This document shows positions 11,660-23,367 of a DNA stretch of 64,000 bases, piece by piece. The first letter of the stretch is position 1; each line of letters begins with the position of its first letter. The notes under the pieces were generated by a model. It did not search any database and was not told the DNA's origin. It was given only the letters and a program-made list of their open reading frames with translations. Position numbers and translations under genes: made by a program. Source of the DNA: Phoronis australis (Eukaryota > Animalia > Phoronida); contig NMRA01000309.1 in the NCBI GenBank assembly GCA_002633005.1, positions 288,874-352,873 of the forward strand, read 5' to 3'.

Positions 11660-12309
11660 GTTGGTGATTAATAGTGTATTGCAGCTCCAGCTATTGGCCA
11701 TTTTTAAAAATACTCATTCTTGCAAATATAGAGTAAAAATAGTCTCATCGCAGCTCAAGTCCTAGAAATGTCCTAGGACCACACCAAAAATCTTTCTTGT
11801 TTAGTGACCTTTCAAGCTCAATGTATTCTTTTTTGGCCTAGTCAATTCCCTGATTCATGGTACACTTTTTGACCTGAAGTGCTCCATAGTTAGTGTTCTG
11901 TAGATCAAGTTTCTTGCAAGAAATGCTAAATCTTGCAAATTCTTGCAAGCGAGGGACAGGCAACTGTTTCACGAGTGTGGTCAGGAGCTTATCAGCCTAT
12001 TCCAGGAAAATGGCTGCCACTGTTGAGATTTGAATGTTGCATTATGGGATTGAATTCACAGGTTACATTCAGTTAATGAAAATTCTCTGCCGCAAGTGCA
12101 AGATAATGTCTTGTGGTCGGCAGATCGCTGTCCTTGTTCATACCATTCTTTCATTGGCCTTAATAAGCTCCTTATTTCTTCATCCTCTTATTTTACCGTT
12201 GTTAAGTCATTGCACACTTTTGTGGCCTAAATACACCATCTGATTCACCATGCTCTTTTTTTGACCTTAGTTATAAACTCACTAGCCAGTGGCACTATTC
12301 TTTCCCTAG

Positions 12310-12495
12310 AAAATCTTGACCAACATGATCCCTACAGAGGATGAGAAGACCAAGATCCTGGAGGCTCAGATGGCAAACCCTGACATCCCGCTGGGCTCCG
12401 CTGAACAGTTTTTGCTCACTCTGTCCTCTATCAGCGAGTTAGAGGCACGCCTACAGCTGTGGGCATTCAAGTTGGACTATGAGAACTTGGAGCAG
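12310..12495 (+). CDS. FHOD3: FHOD FH2 exon ([13 protein letters not shown]...[18 protein letters not shown]...LEQ)
   Basis: ccctag / gtcagt boundaries, 186 nt, very close to FHOD3 FH2. Confidence 0.96.
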
Positions 12496-14249
12496 GTCAG
12501 TAGTGCTGTTACATGTTCATATCATCAAGGTTCCTTTTGGAGAAGTGAGTGAATTTGCCCTAGACTGAGGCATGCATGCTTGTACATTTTTAGTCATCAC
12601 AACGCTCTCACGGGGATTGTATTGTGCCCGTGGCTTGGGACACTCGACTTAACCAGAAATTAACCCTGATTCATGTAGATAGCTGCTCGAATGGGCTTGC
12701 TGTCTCATTAATGATTTGTGATTTCGATTTAAAGTGACAAATTGTCATTTGTGTGGCAACAATTCCTTCTTTTCTTGTAACATGATTTCTTATAGCTGTT
12801 ATTATTTTGTGAACATTGATTGCCATACAAATTCTTTGATATTACTTACAGCTTGTACAATGTAATTTGTGCATGAAAAGTTGTTCCATTTGACAGCTTG
12901 ACTGACACAGCATGGCTGTTTTGGTTACCTTCTCTATTGTGGTTTACAAAATTCAATCGGTTTGTTATGGCAACTAATTGTTTCCATGGGATCTCCATAG
13001 TGTACTTATAGTTTCATGGAATTCTTTCAACCAAAATTTAGTATAGTGAGATTTTATATTTACTTGAAGACATAAGATTTTTATTTTATCCCTCTTTGTT
13101 AAGTAACACGTACCCTTTATATTTTTGTCTGATATTCCTGTTATTGTTATTGTATACCCTTTGAAGTATGGTCCCTTTGTTTTTACTAATTTGCTTGACA
13201 TTTTATGTTGCATTATAGGGTTCATGGCAGGTAACTATATGAGTTCAGCGCGGCCAGTTCTCTCTGTAAACTTTTCTCCTAGCTTAACTGGTACCTCTTC
13301 TGTCTAGAGACTCGGTGACATCTGTCGTGTGGTGATTAAAGTTGCCTGACAATGTGTATGCTAACAGAACAGTGTATGAAGATGGTGAAAATAATGTGGC
13401 TAATGATGGCGTTGCATTCAAATACCTAACAGTTTGATAACATTGCTTGCCTTATGTCCAAACTCAGATATCACACTGGATAATTTCAGGTTGTTTGTTG
13501 TTTATTTGTCACCAATTTTATCAGCATATAGAAGTGTGCATTTTGCTCAAAGTCTGCCACATTTCCTTTGAAATCTTACACAGTTTGTACTTGTGTTTTA
13601 CTCAAAATGCTCTTTTTAACATTTCTTTTGACATTTGTTGCTCTGCTCGACCAAGATACATGTAGCACATCACATCACGTCAAGTTCTGCTTTGTGATGT
13701 TTGTGAATTTTGAGTCTCTCATTGTGGTTGTTGGTACTATCGTCTTTCCATAGAGGTTTAGCGCTCCATAGCTTCCATTGGCCGTGTTTTGATCGCTATT
13801 ACCTTTAGTTGGATATTCATCGTTATTTCCCCTGAACTCTCATTTTCCATCATTGAGAACATCCATGCATGTCTGTGTACATATTTAGTTGTAATAATTA
13901 TTGTGAGTCGTTCTTGCCTCCTGAGCATTCTGTGTTCACTAATTGTGAACAGCAGTGTTTTGTGTAGTAAACATATCCCTGCCTGTCTTATTGTGTACTA
14001 TTAGAAGTTTATGTTTGTGAGTAGTAGCAGCGATGAGCTTTGGGAGTTGGGTGTGAGCATTCGTGTGCTACCAACTACAGCCGGAGATCACCAAGCTTTC
14101 TACAGATTTTCCTCGAAAATGGCCTTTTGTGTGGCATTCTTTTACTATACTCAAACTTCTTGAAGGCTGTTTGTTGATTTTTGAGTTGAGATATCAGTAA
14201 AGTTTGGTGGTCTCAGGCATAGATATCACTCTTGGTAGCTGTGTGACTC

Positions 14250-14490
14250 AATACTCACTGAGTGTGAACGTCTGCTGCGATGCTCACTGAATGAACATTT
14301 GTGCTCACTGAATGTGAACATCTGTGCTCACATACTCATTGAATGGTAGCATTTGTTCTTACTGAATGTGAACTTGGTGTTCACATATTCATTGAATATG
14401 AACATCTGTGCTCACTGAATGTGAACATCTGTGCTCACATGATCAGTGAACATGAACACCTGTGCTCACATGCTCATTGAATATAAACAT
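14250..14490. repeat. Degenerate minisatellite (TGCTCACTGAATGTGAACATCTG-like)
   Basis: About 8 diverged copies of the motif. Confidence 0.75.
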
Positions 14491-15268
14491 CTACTCACAA
14501 CCTTAACCCTTTAAGCCTACCCCTACTGTTTCTTACTTTTGTGTGTTAGCTGTATATTTTTTAACAATTTACTTTTTGTAATTTAAACTGCCATATTATG
14601 TTGCATGGTTTGTCTTTTTGTTAAGGAAAATAAACTTTTTTAATAAAAAATATCTGTGTTAAATCAGGTAGATGCTTTCACGCATACCATCTTTGTTTCA
14701 GTTTTAATTTTGATGTGAAAAATTGTGAATCACTTTCTGGGCCGTAATAATGCGTTTTGAAAAGAAATTGTTTATTAACTATATCTGGTGTAAGCCAACT
14801 AAACTCAGGATGCAAAATTTTATTTAATTCTTTGAGTTGCCCCCTATGATAATAATTAAAATAAATTGAAAAGGTTTTTATTCACATTGCTCTGGGTAAT
14901 TTCAAAAATATCAATAATTATTGCTTTCCAACTAATTTTTATTTTGAAATTTGAAAGTATGTTTATTTCCCTTGACATTTGTCCATTGTAACATGATTAG
15001 GTCTTAGACATGATGTTATGAATTAATGCAGTCCCCATGTTTAAACTGTTTTTAATCTTATGCAGTTGCCGAAACATACATGCCTATTGATGTTAAGTGT
15101 TGATTAACACTTATTATAATGTTGAGTGTTAATTACCCCTTGTTCTAATTTTTTGCACATCCACCCTGGTTGGTAGTCCCCCATTGTTTTGTGGTAATAT
15201 TGGATTCATTCACTATCTAATCATTCACTGACCTATTACGAGACATTTTAGTCCACATGTGTGGTGAC

Positions 15269-15361
15269 TGTCACATCCTTTTGATTGGCTGTTGTAGGAT
15301 GTCACATCCTTTTGATTGGCTGTTTTAGGATGTCACATCCTTTTGATTGGCTGTTGTAGGA
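15269..15361 (+). repeat. 31-bp x3 tandem repeat containing the splice acceptor of exon 15360
   Basis: Unit TGTCACATCCTTTTGATTGGCTGTT(G/T)TAGGA, three copies. Confidence 0.95.
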
Positions 15362-15479
15362 GATAGCAGAGCCACTTATGGATCTGAAGAAAGGAATTGA
15401 AGATCTCAAGGTCAACAAGACATTGAAATGCATTTTAGCCATGCTGCTGGCTATTGGCAACTTTCTCAATGGTGCAGTG
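15360..15479 (+). CDS. FHOD3: FHOD FH2 exon ([16 protein letters not shown]...[12 protein letters not shown])
   Basis: FH2 core motif GNFLN, ttgtag / gtaggt boundaries, 120 nt. Confidence 0.96.
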
Positions 15480-15670
15480 GTAGGTTGAATACATTACAGC
15501 AATACTTAGAGTGTCGTATCTGGGTTTCATGTCTAAAAATTATCCTTAAAACTGGTTCATTGATTTGGCTATATTTTGAGAGTGATCAGTCTTGAAATGT
15601 CGCTGTCCTTTTGTGTCTTGTCTTCTGACGTATTGTTAACAGTTATATAACTGCACACTAGTGTGAAATA

Positions 15671-15845
15671 CAGAAAAAAATTTAAGTCAAACACTGGAAG
15701 TTGCTTACTTGAGTTAGCGACGTTATGACCATCCATCACGTCTTGGCTAGTTATGTTATTGTTCTGGCCAATAGGTGGCATTTAAACTAGAGGACGCAGT
15801 GTTGCTAACTCGAGTAAGCAAATTCTAGTGTTAACGTTTTTTCTG
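15671..15845. mobile_element. Tc1/mariner-type foldback MITE
   Basis: TA|CAGAAAAAA...AACACTGGAAGTTGCTTACTTGAGTTAGC pairs with GCTAACTCGAGTAAGCAAATTCTAGTGTT...TTTTTTCTG|TA. Confidence 0.75.
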
Positions 15846-16113
15846 TATTTTGTTACCTCAACTAGACGTCGTAAAACTTTCATGCTTTTACCTGAAGTGT
15901 GACGTGGATGATCAGATTGCATGAACTGCCATAGACAACACTAGTGGTATTTTATTGGCAAAATGAGCGGCTGGCAAATTACTGAATTGGTTTTTGAATA
16001 GTTGGCGTCAGCGTGTACCGACCGCGGAGTAATTCGCAGTGTTCCACAGAACAATCTTTCTGTTTCCATGGCCAGAAAATCTGCATCAGTTATTAGGGAT
16101 TCTTACAAACATA

Positions 16114-16270
16114 GCTGTGTTCACATGGTCTGTCTGTGTCCACATGGTCTGTCTGTGTCCACATGGTCTGTCTGTGTCCACATGGTCTGTCTGTCCACAT
16201 GGTCTGTCTGTGTCCACGTGGTCTGCCTGTGTCCACATGGTCTGCCTGTGTTCACATGGTCTGTCTGTGT
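16114..16270. repeat. 19-bp minisatellite (GTCCACATGGTCTGTCTGT), resumes at 16654-16679
   Basis: About 8 copies, one shortened. Confidence 0.92.
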
Positions 16271-16653
16271 CAGGCCTTGGAATTTTCCGCGGAAACGCGG
16301 ATTTCCGCTTTTTTCAAATGTTGTGTCCGCGTATTTTATTATATTTCCGCGTTTCGCGTAAAAAAAATCGGATTTGATATAAAATTTCCGCGGCAAATTT
16401 CTTTCTTACCGTCGCGTTGCCGACGACTTTCACCTCGAAAAGCGGAAGTTGCTCTTTATGTTTCGGAGGAACGTAAATTGTCAACATTGCCGGGGCATCT
16501 GGGATAGCGTGGTGGATTTCCTCAATGGCGNTTTTTAGTCCTCTTGAGTTTTGTCGGCAAAAGGTCCACACCGACTTTTTCAAGGCTGTCTGCGCGCATG
16601 TTTCGGGCCGTAAAAATTTCCGCGTTTTTCGCCATTTGTCATTCGAAGCCCTG
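16271..16653. mobile_element. hAT-like non-autonomous element inserted in the minisatellite
   Basis: Termini CAGGCCTTGGAA / TTCGAAGCCCTG (imperfect TIR), CTGTGT on both flanks, internal TTTCCGCG repeats, CpG-rich. Confidence 0.65.
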
Positions 16654-17012
16654 CTGTGTCCACATGATTTGTCTGTGTCATGGGAATTGACTTAAGCCTT
16701 AAGTTAGACAGTTTTACTCGCTCGCACTTCACAATAACTGAAGAAAGTTTTGCCAATTCTAAGTATTAGCACATCACGGTGTAGAAAGGATTAATTAAAA
16801 CTGAGATAAGTGAGATAAAAAGTTTATAGTCGTGTGGCATGTAAAATGAAATTTCTGCTGTAAATCTTTTGTCACTTTTCATGAAACCGACTCCTGTATG
16901 CATTCAGTTTGATTAATGAGAAAGTGCAGAGCTGGGTATGTTCTACAAACTTGGCATTGATGTCTGTTAATGCATCTGTCATACTTGTTAATATGTGTCC
17001 ATGTGTTTTCAG

Positions 17013-17174
17013 TCGAAGGGCTTTCACATTGACTATTTGGCACGTGTTCCTGAAGTGAAGGACACAGTGCATAAACACTCTCTCCTCCACCACCTGTGTA
17101 GTATGGTGATGGAGCAGTTCCCAGACACCTCCGACCTGCACTCAGAGATGGGCACCATCGCTAGGTGTGCAAAG
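17013..17174 (+). CDS. FHOD3: FHOD FH2 exon (SKGFHIDYLARVPEVKDTVHKHSLLHHLC...ARCAK)
   Basis: ttttcag / gtaaga boundaries, 162 nt, VPEVKDTVHK motif. Confidence 0.96.
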
Positions 17175-18609
17175 GTAAGAGATGACTGATATGAATCAGC
17201 CAGTATTCACCTCTGTGTTTTGTTCACTACAATCTTACATGTTAGCTATATATTTCTCTGCTTGACTGTTCCAAGAGTTTGTTTTGATTGTCAAGTTCCA
17301 CAAAAGCTCATCCATGCTTTTGTAGTCGGTCATTTTTGGCCAGTTTTTGTTTTCTACTAATTCCATATTTTAAGCCGTATTGGAACTCTCGTTATGGTCA
17401 ATGTTTTGGAACACTTGGATTTTTAGTTATTAGGCAAAACGTTCTAAAACGTGACAAAAATGTGGAAGCGATTCCTCCGTTGTCTAAAAAACATTCCTCA
17501 GGGAGGGAGTGTAGTGAACTGTAGTCTATGAGCGGAATGTCGACAATGGGAAATTATTGAAGTGTTAGGAGCATGAGGCAGTAATTTTTTTAATCTCTGT
17601 TACACAAATGTCATCTACGGTATTCAAGGCCTGCGGAGCTAATTAATATGTACATCCTGCGCTGTGGAGAAGTGACGTCCACGGCCAGGCTGGTGGCCGG
17701 GCTCCAGAAGTACGGCTTCTATGAATGTTTCAGGTTGAATGAAAATTCTTCAGTTTAATTTGAACTCATTAATACTAATATTATACTATTTGGCAACGTA
17801 TCAAGTTTTCTTTGTGAAGTTATTTCCCCACCAATTGGTATTCTATAAGAAATAGGCCGTTGCTTATTGCTCACTTAAGACAGGCCGTCTTCCGCCTAAC
17901 AAAATCGCCTGAGACCACCGGTATCTTAGTTTTTCCCTGTCCTTTATTTTCAATATTTTTGCAAGTTGTCAAAATATTCTTACTGTATAGCAATTTTACT
18001 CAATTATTCTGATATTGAATATTCATTGTTATTTTTGTACTGTTCACCAGAGTTAACTTACTCCCTGTAAAACACGCTTTGCCCAATCGAATAGTCGCGG
18101 CCTTGTTATTCAATTGTTCCTAATGAATCTCACTTCCGACTTAGCGGCAAATCTAAAATGGCAGAGTATCAGTAGGCTCCAGTTCATGACAAGTGAAGAG
18201 TTTTGGGAATTTTTTGCCTACAGATTTCAATACGATTAACCTGTATGTACTGATGGCTTCGTTATAACATGTTCTAGCCATCTAATAAGGGTTAAAAACG
18301 TGTGCAACAAGGTCTTTAACATGCTATGCTCCCCAAGGGTTCTGTTTCACTACTGACATTTCCATGTAAGATTGTTGCTACTGCAATTGCCAGAACTCTG
18401 ACAAATCACTGCTTCCCTCTGACAAATCAGTGCTTTGCTTCCCAAGGAAAGGCCAAGATTCCTGAAAGGTAGGTCAAAGCAGCGGCGTCATATAAGATTT
18501 TTCGTCGTGTTCTGTCACTCAAGCTTCTTAGTGTTGGGGTATCTTAAATGTTCAATTGTAACTGCACAGTATATCGGGTCATATTCAAGTGACTACTCTG
18601 GTTGTGTAG

Positions 18610-18728
18610 GTCGACTGGGAGGAGATGGAGAAGAAGTTACACAAACTGGAGTCTGATTGTAAGCTGGGTATGGAGAACTTGAGAATAGTAGCCAAACATG
18701 AGCCTCACTACTCCACACTCAAGACCAA
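18610..18728 (+). CDS. FHOD3: FHOD FH2 exon (VDWEEMEKKLHKLESDCK...AKHEPHYSTLKT)
   Basis: gtgtag / gtaagt boundaries, phase 0 to 2. Confidence 0.93.
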
Positions 18729-19069
18729 GTAAGTTGGACACTGTTGGAAGACTGAACTCAGACTTCACTTAGACTGAGACTCAGACTCTAAATTTAATCA
18801 ATAACGCTGCATGATTTTAATACAGATTTACTAAGGTGACTCAAATCCTTCTGTACTGTTGGTCAACTTTCGATTAGATCGTGGGTCCTGGTGTCAAGAT
18901 TTTTTAAGTTAAAGGTTTTACAAATCCGCCTTCTGTCAAAAAAGTTTTGATCTATGCAGCCTAAGGCCCAGTGCCATTATAAAAGTAGCTTCAACGTATT
19001 TCTTGCTCAGATTAGAAGGGATTTGTGGGTGTAAGAGGAAGTGGTAGTTCATAGGTGCTTGAGCTGCGG

Positions 19070-19329
19070 GTCAACAAGTAGGTCATTTCATGGCCGGAGA
19101 GTGGTCTCAACAAATAGGACATTTTTAAATGCCTGAAGGGTGATGTCAGCAAGTAGGTCATTTAATGCCTGAAGGGTGATGCCAACAAGTAGATCATTTA
19201 ATGCCTGAAAGTTGGTGTCAACAAGTAGGTCATTTAATGCCTGAAGGGTGGTGTCAACAAGTAGGTCATTTAATGCCTGAAGGGTAGTGTCAACAAGTAG
19301 GTCATTTAATGCCTGAAGGGTAGTGTCAA
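19070..19329. repeat. 36-bp minisatellite, about 7 copies
   Basis: Unit GTCAACAAGTAGGTCATTTAATGCCTGAAGGGTGGT with variants. Confidence 0.92.
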
Positions 19330-19641
19330 GCAATACCATGCTGTTAGTTCTACCCAGGCCTAGTAATCTCTTCTAACGCGTAATCTCTTCTAACGCGACT
19401 AAAGAACAAGTGGAGACCTCTGGTTAAATCTTAAGTAGCCTAAATCAAAAGCTATTTTTGCAGGCGCTGCATTCATTTCTAACATAGGTAATGTCATACT
19501 GTGACTGTTGAAATAGTGACTGGAATTTTGAAGCTTGGTAAAGAGGTCATGCGCATACCATTATTTCACAAAATGGCTGCTGAGTTTAATTGCACTGTAA
19601 TCCTTAAAATGTTCCTTCATGACTTGGATGCTTTCTTGCAG

Positions 19642-19909
19642 ATTGTCCCAGTTCCTGTCTGACTGCGCCGAGCGCATCATCGTCCTGCAGACAGTGTTCC
19701 AGCGCGTTGTCCACCGTTACTACAAACTACTGCTCTACTTTGGCATGCCTGTATCACAGGCCAAGGAGTTGAAGATCAGCCATTTCTGCAAGGTGGTCAG
19801 TGAGTTTGCGCTGGAATACCGTACCACACGCGAGAAGGTGCTGCAACAGCGTGAGAAGAAGGCCACCTATCGTGAGAGGAAGAAGACACGTGGCAAACTT
19901 ATTGTTGAT
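19642..19909 (+). CDS. FHOD3: FHOD FH2 C-terminal exon (LSQFLSDCAERII...SEFALEYRTTRE...KTRGKLIVD)
   Basis: cttgcag / gtaagc boundaries, phase 2 to 0, FHOD-diagnostic EFALEYRTTRE. Confidence 0.96.
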
Positions 19910-20846
19910 GTAAGCACTCACCTTACCATAGTTTGTACAGTTTGGGAAAGACCTGCAATTATGGGACCTAGTGCTGAAACTAGAACTAATAGACATGATG
20001 TCCACTCATGGACAATCTGGAATATGAGAAGAATATATTTTCATTTGTATGAAACATATAAAAAGGATAAAAAGTTGTGGAATATTCATGGAAAATCTTC
20101 TGGCAAATAAAAATCCTCTTACTTTGTTTGTCATGGGAATTGCATTTTTGTGTATGCAGCACTTGGTAACAATTAGTAGAAACAAATTACTGTTTGTCAC
20201 AATTTCTGTGAAATAAACAACTGATGAAGAGTAAAAACTTAATCCTGGAGAACTCGCGTATTTACCACTGCTTGGGACTGGGTGTTCTGCCTGTTTTTTT
20301 TTTGTCCATAATTAATTCTTTTCAGGTAATGATAAATTCTGAATTGAATACACGTCAGTTACTATCATTTTGTAACGGATAAGTCATGTTTGACATTTTG
20401 TACATCCTCAGAACTTTACAAACTGCGAAATGGGGAGGGTAAACTTTGGCTGACCTATAGAGCAACAGACTTTGTTATCACAACTGCTTGGAGTCATTGA
20501 TTTCAGGAACTGATAGGGCACTAATTGTTAACGTAGTGCCTGTCTATTAAAGGTGCCTTTTATTACTTACACTAATAAACTAGTCAAGGTTTACTTAATA
20601 ATTGACCTACTCCAGTGAGCTTGGTGAAAGTGGACTGAATGAGTCATATACAGTTAAAGTATATTTCAGAAATTAGTTCCTCGGTTTTACTCGCGTTTCG
20701 TACACACTCATGCCTAAATCTGGAAAAGGGTGCAGATTCGCGTATTAGCGCATGGGCCTAAATATGTGCATGGGCCTAAATATGTGCATAATACAGTACT
20801 TCTTATCGAGACACTACATCTCTTGTATTAACTGTGCGTGTTTTAG

Positions 20847-20958
20847 ACGGAGAAGTTCTCACAAGGTCCCAAGAAGGAGGAAGCTGCCCTTCACAAGGTG
20901 CTCAACAATGGTTATGTGTCTGACACCAGCAGTTTGGGCAGGAAGAAACCATCTGTTG
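20847..20958 (+). CDS. FHOD3: FHOD tail exon (TEKFSQGPKKEEAALHKVLNNGYVSDTSSLGRKKPSV)
   Basis: ttttag / gtgagc boundaries, phase 0 to 1. TEKFS follows the FH2 end as in FHOD1. Confidence 0.9.
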
Positions 20959-22248
20959 GTGAGCTATAATTTAAAGGTTCTATATTGGTAACATAGTATT
21001 GATTAGTGTTGGGGCTAATGAATGCACTGCTTAATAAAGTTGATATGTAAAACTACATTCAAGTGGCCATGGATTAAGGCGTATTTAGAGTTGAAAATAA
21101 CTCATGGCTCAAAATTAAATTTAAAAATTAACCAATCGTACACATGTGAAATGTGTAAGTTTTCTGTGAGTGCATAACATGTAGTTGACAATGTTTGAAT
21201 CAAATAAAAGTTTGCAGTCCATAATGAGATCTAGACACATGACACATTCTTTGACTTATCTCCCCTATGGTTTGATTGTGTGGGTAGATAAGATTTAACT
21301 TTTACTTCAAATGTTCTAAAATGTCTTAATGCTGCTCAATTCCCCTTGTGTTCTCTTAGAAGAGATCTGTTTTATAGAAGCTCCGATGATTTATGTGTAA
21401 CAAACATGAGTGGTGAGATGTCAATGTTTCAAAACACATTTCAGCTCCTGATGAATGTGATGATTGTAAGTTGGAGTGCGGTTGGTTAACCAAGCTTTCT
21501 TGTCTCAACGTAATTCTCTCTGATCTTTACTTTCTGCGGTGGCCTCGCTCTCTTGATCTAAGCGCTGTCTTTCTTCTGTGTGAACTGGTCGCCCACTCAG
21601 GCTTTCATGTACTCTAGGTTGGGCCTTGATTTGTAAAATGGTGCCTGGCATTAGTGATGTCAAGTCATTCTTTGTAACCGTTTTGTAGACTTTGAACAGG
21701 AAACATTGGCAGTTTCTCACGATTTGCTATGTTCAATGGGTAAACTTAAAAACCTTTGTCTATCTTGCTTCATTTACCATCCAGGATCCAGCTTTTGCAC
21801 GATGCACACGACTTTTTGGTCACTAAACTTTGAATACTCTTTCTGGTGCTGAAGTTGCTTTCTCTATTTGACAGTGTTTCAAACCATGAAAGTGTTACCT
21901 TGTGTATTGACTCTGGTGTATTGACTCTGGTGTATTGACTCTACATTTTGTGAACCGTTCATGGTGTGAGCAGCATCTCTTAAACTGATGTTGGTATTAT
22001 GGTTAATACAACATGTTAGATTTTAACGAATTCGGAGACACGCATGTCTTGTGCTAGCCAAGTTCTCGGCTCTTTATTGTTGTAAAATAAAAAACGTAAG
22101 TGTTCTTGAAATGTAATCAAGTGTGCAGTTCACTACATTTCAATGTTGAAAAGGTTTCAGATTCATTTGTGAAACGCGCATTCTATTGGTTTTAACTAGT
22201 ACGTTCCTGTTAGCACTGTACGTGTCATGATAACGTGTATTTTGATAG

Positions 22249-22419
22249 CTCACATTGGCAAGCAGAGGAATGTGGCACGCCAGGTGATGACAGACAACGA
22301 AGCATTTGACACGGGTGAGGACGAGATCCTGGAGGCTTGTGTTAAGTCTGCTACTACGTCTGGACAACGGGCTCCAACCAGGGAGAGGAAGAGGACGAAG
22401 TATGCACACAGGAAGTCAT
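22249..22419 (+). CDS. FHOD3: FHOD DAD exon (EDEILEACVKSA...RERKRTKYAHRKS)
   Basis: tgatag / gtaagt boundaries, phase 1-1, DAD core plus basic cluster. Confidence 0.94.
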
Positions 22420-23293
22420 GTAAGTAGTGACAAGCTGTCTGGTTTTTACCAGGACTGCCTTCCGTACACGCAAGACACTCTTGAAGCATGAAGAACTCTG
22501 TCCCATAATTCGACATTCTAACTTCTCCAGCCATTCTGTTCAGTGGCTGCCATTTTGCTAGATTACGCTTGTAAGATTCGGACATGTGAAACACTTGGCT
22601 TGTGGCACTTGTGATTTTGCGTGGTCTTGTGTTCTCTTGCTTTTTCACTAGTGTCTTGCATCTACAGCACACATCCCAGGTGACCTTTTGAAAAACAGTG
22701 GCGGATTGACTTGTTTGCTTCTTTAACAAGCCATATACAGGTTATTCCATACTTTTCACATGGCAGTAGAAAGAGTTGACTGTTTTATTTGTGAACCATG
22801 TGGCAACATTCTTTTTGAATTGTCCAATTACATCATTTATACTCATCATGGTAAACTTGGTAAATGACAAAAGTTATTTCCATGCAGGGACAACTCAGGA
22901 ACAGTGAAAAGAAGGTAAAAATTCATTGAAAACTCGTGGACCTTCTCATAAGATGAATACTCCCTAATTTACAAGTTCCTACATTTTGTTATACTAGACA
23001 ACAGTTATTACCAAAAACTACTGTTCTTCTACTTATTGTGGAAAAATATCTCGTGTAAGTTATGGAAATTATATCCTAGAAAAAGCAGGGAAAGTGAACA
23101 CGTAGTACAAACTAGAACTATTGATTAACTGTCATTCACATTTGTTCACACGCTAGATAAAATTGTTACTGCGCGTGGAAATTACCATTTTTTAAGGCTC
23201 CCTATATATTTTCAATTGGAATTGTGAGAGAGAACCTTAAGCTATTTGGATTATTTTCTCATATTATACGTGATTCTTTTGTTAATGTTGCAG

Positions 23294-23367
23294 TGAGAAG
23301 AACGTTGAAAGGTGGTATTGATGAATTGGAGAGGCAGGCCGTGGCCAACTACTCAAGCAAGTATTGA
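23294..23367 (+). CDS. FHOD3: FHOD terminal coding exon (LRRTLKGGIDELERQAVANYSSKY*)
   Basis: ttgcag acceptor completes the conserved RKS-LRRTLK. TGA at 23365-23367. Confidence 0.93.

Noticed and set aside
16002-16507. Cys-rich repetitive ORFs (also 26122-26434)
   Set aside because: Translations of the 19-bp and 23-bp minisatellites, open in several frames, no splice support.
19088-19339. Repeat protein LLVDTTLQALND on the minus strand
   Set aside because: Translation of a 36-bp intronic minisatellite with no gene structure.
21500-21640. Pyrimidine-rich tract ending in ctctag|gttggg, possible extra tail exon
   Set aside because: No acceptor/donor pair gives a 3n-length exon with a convincing donor.
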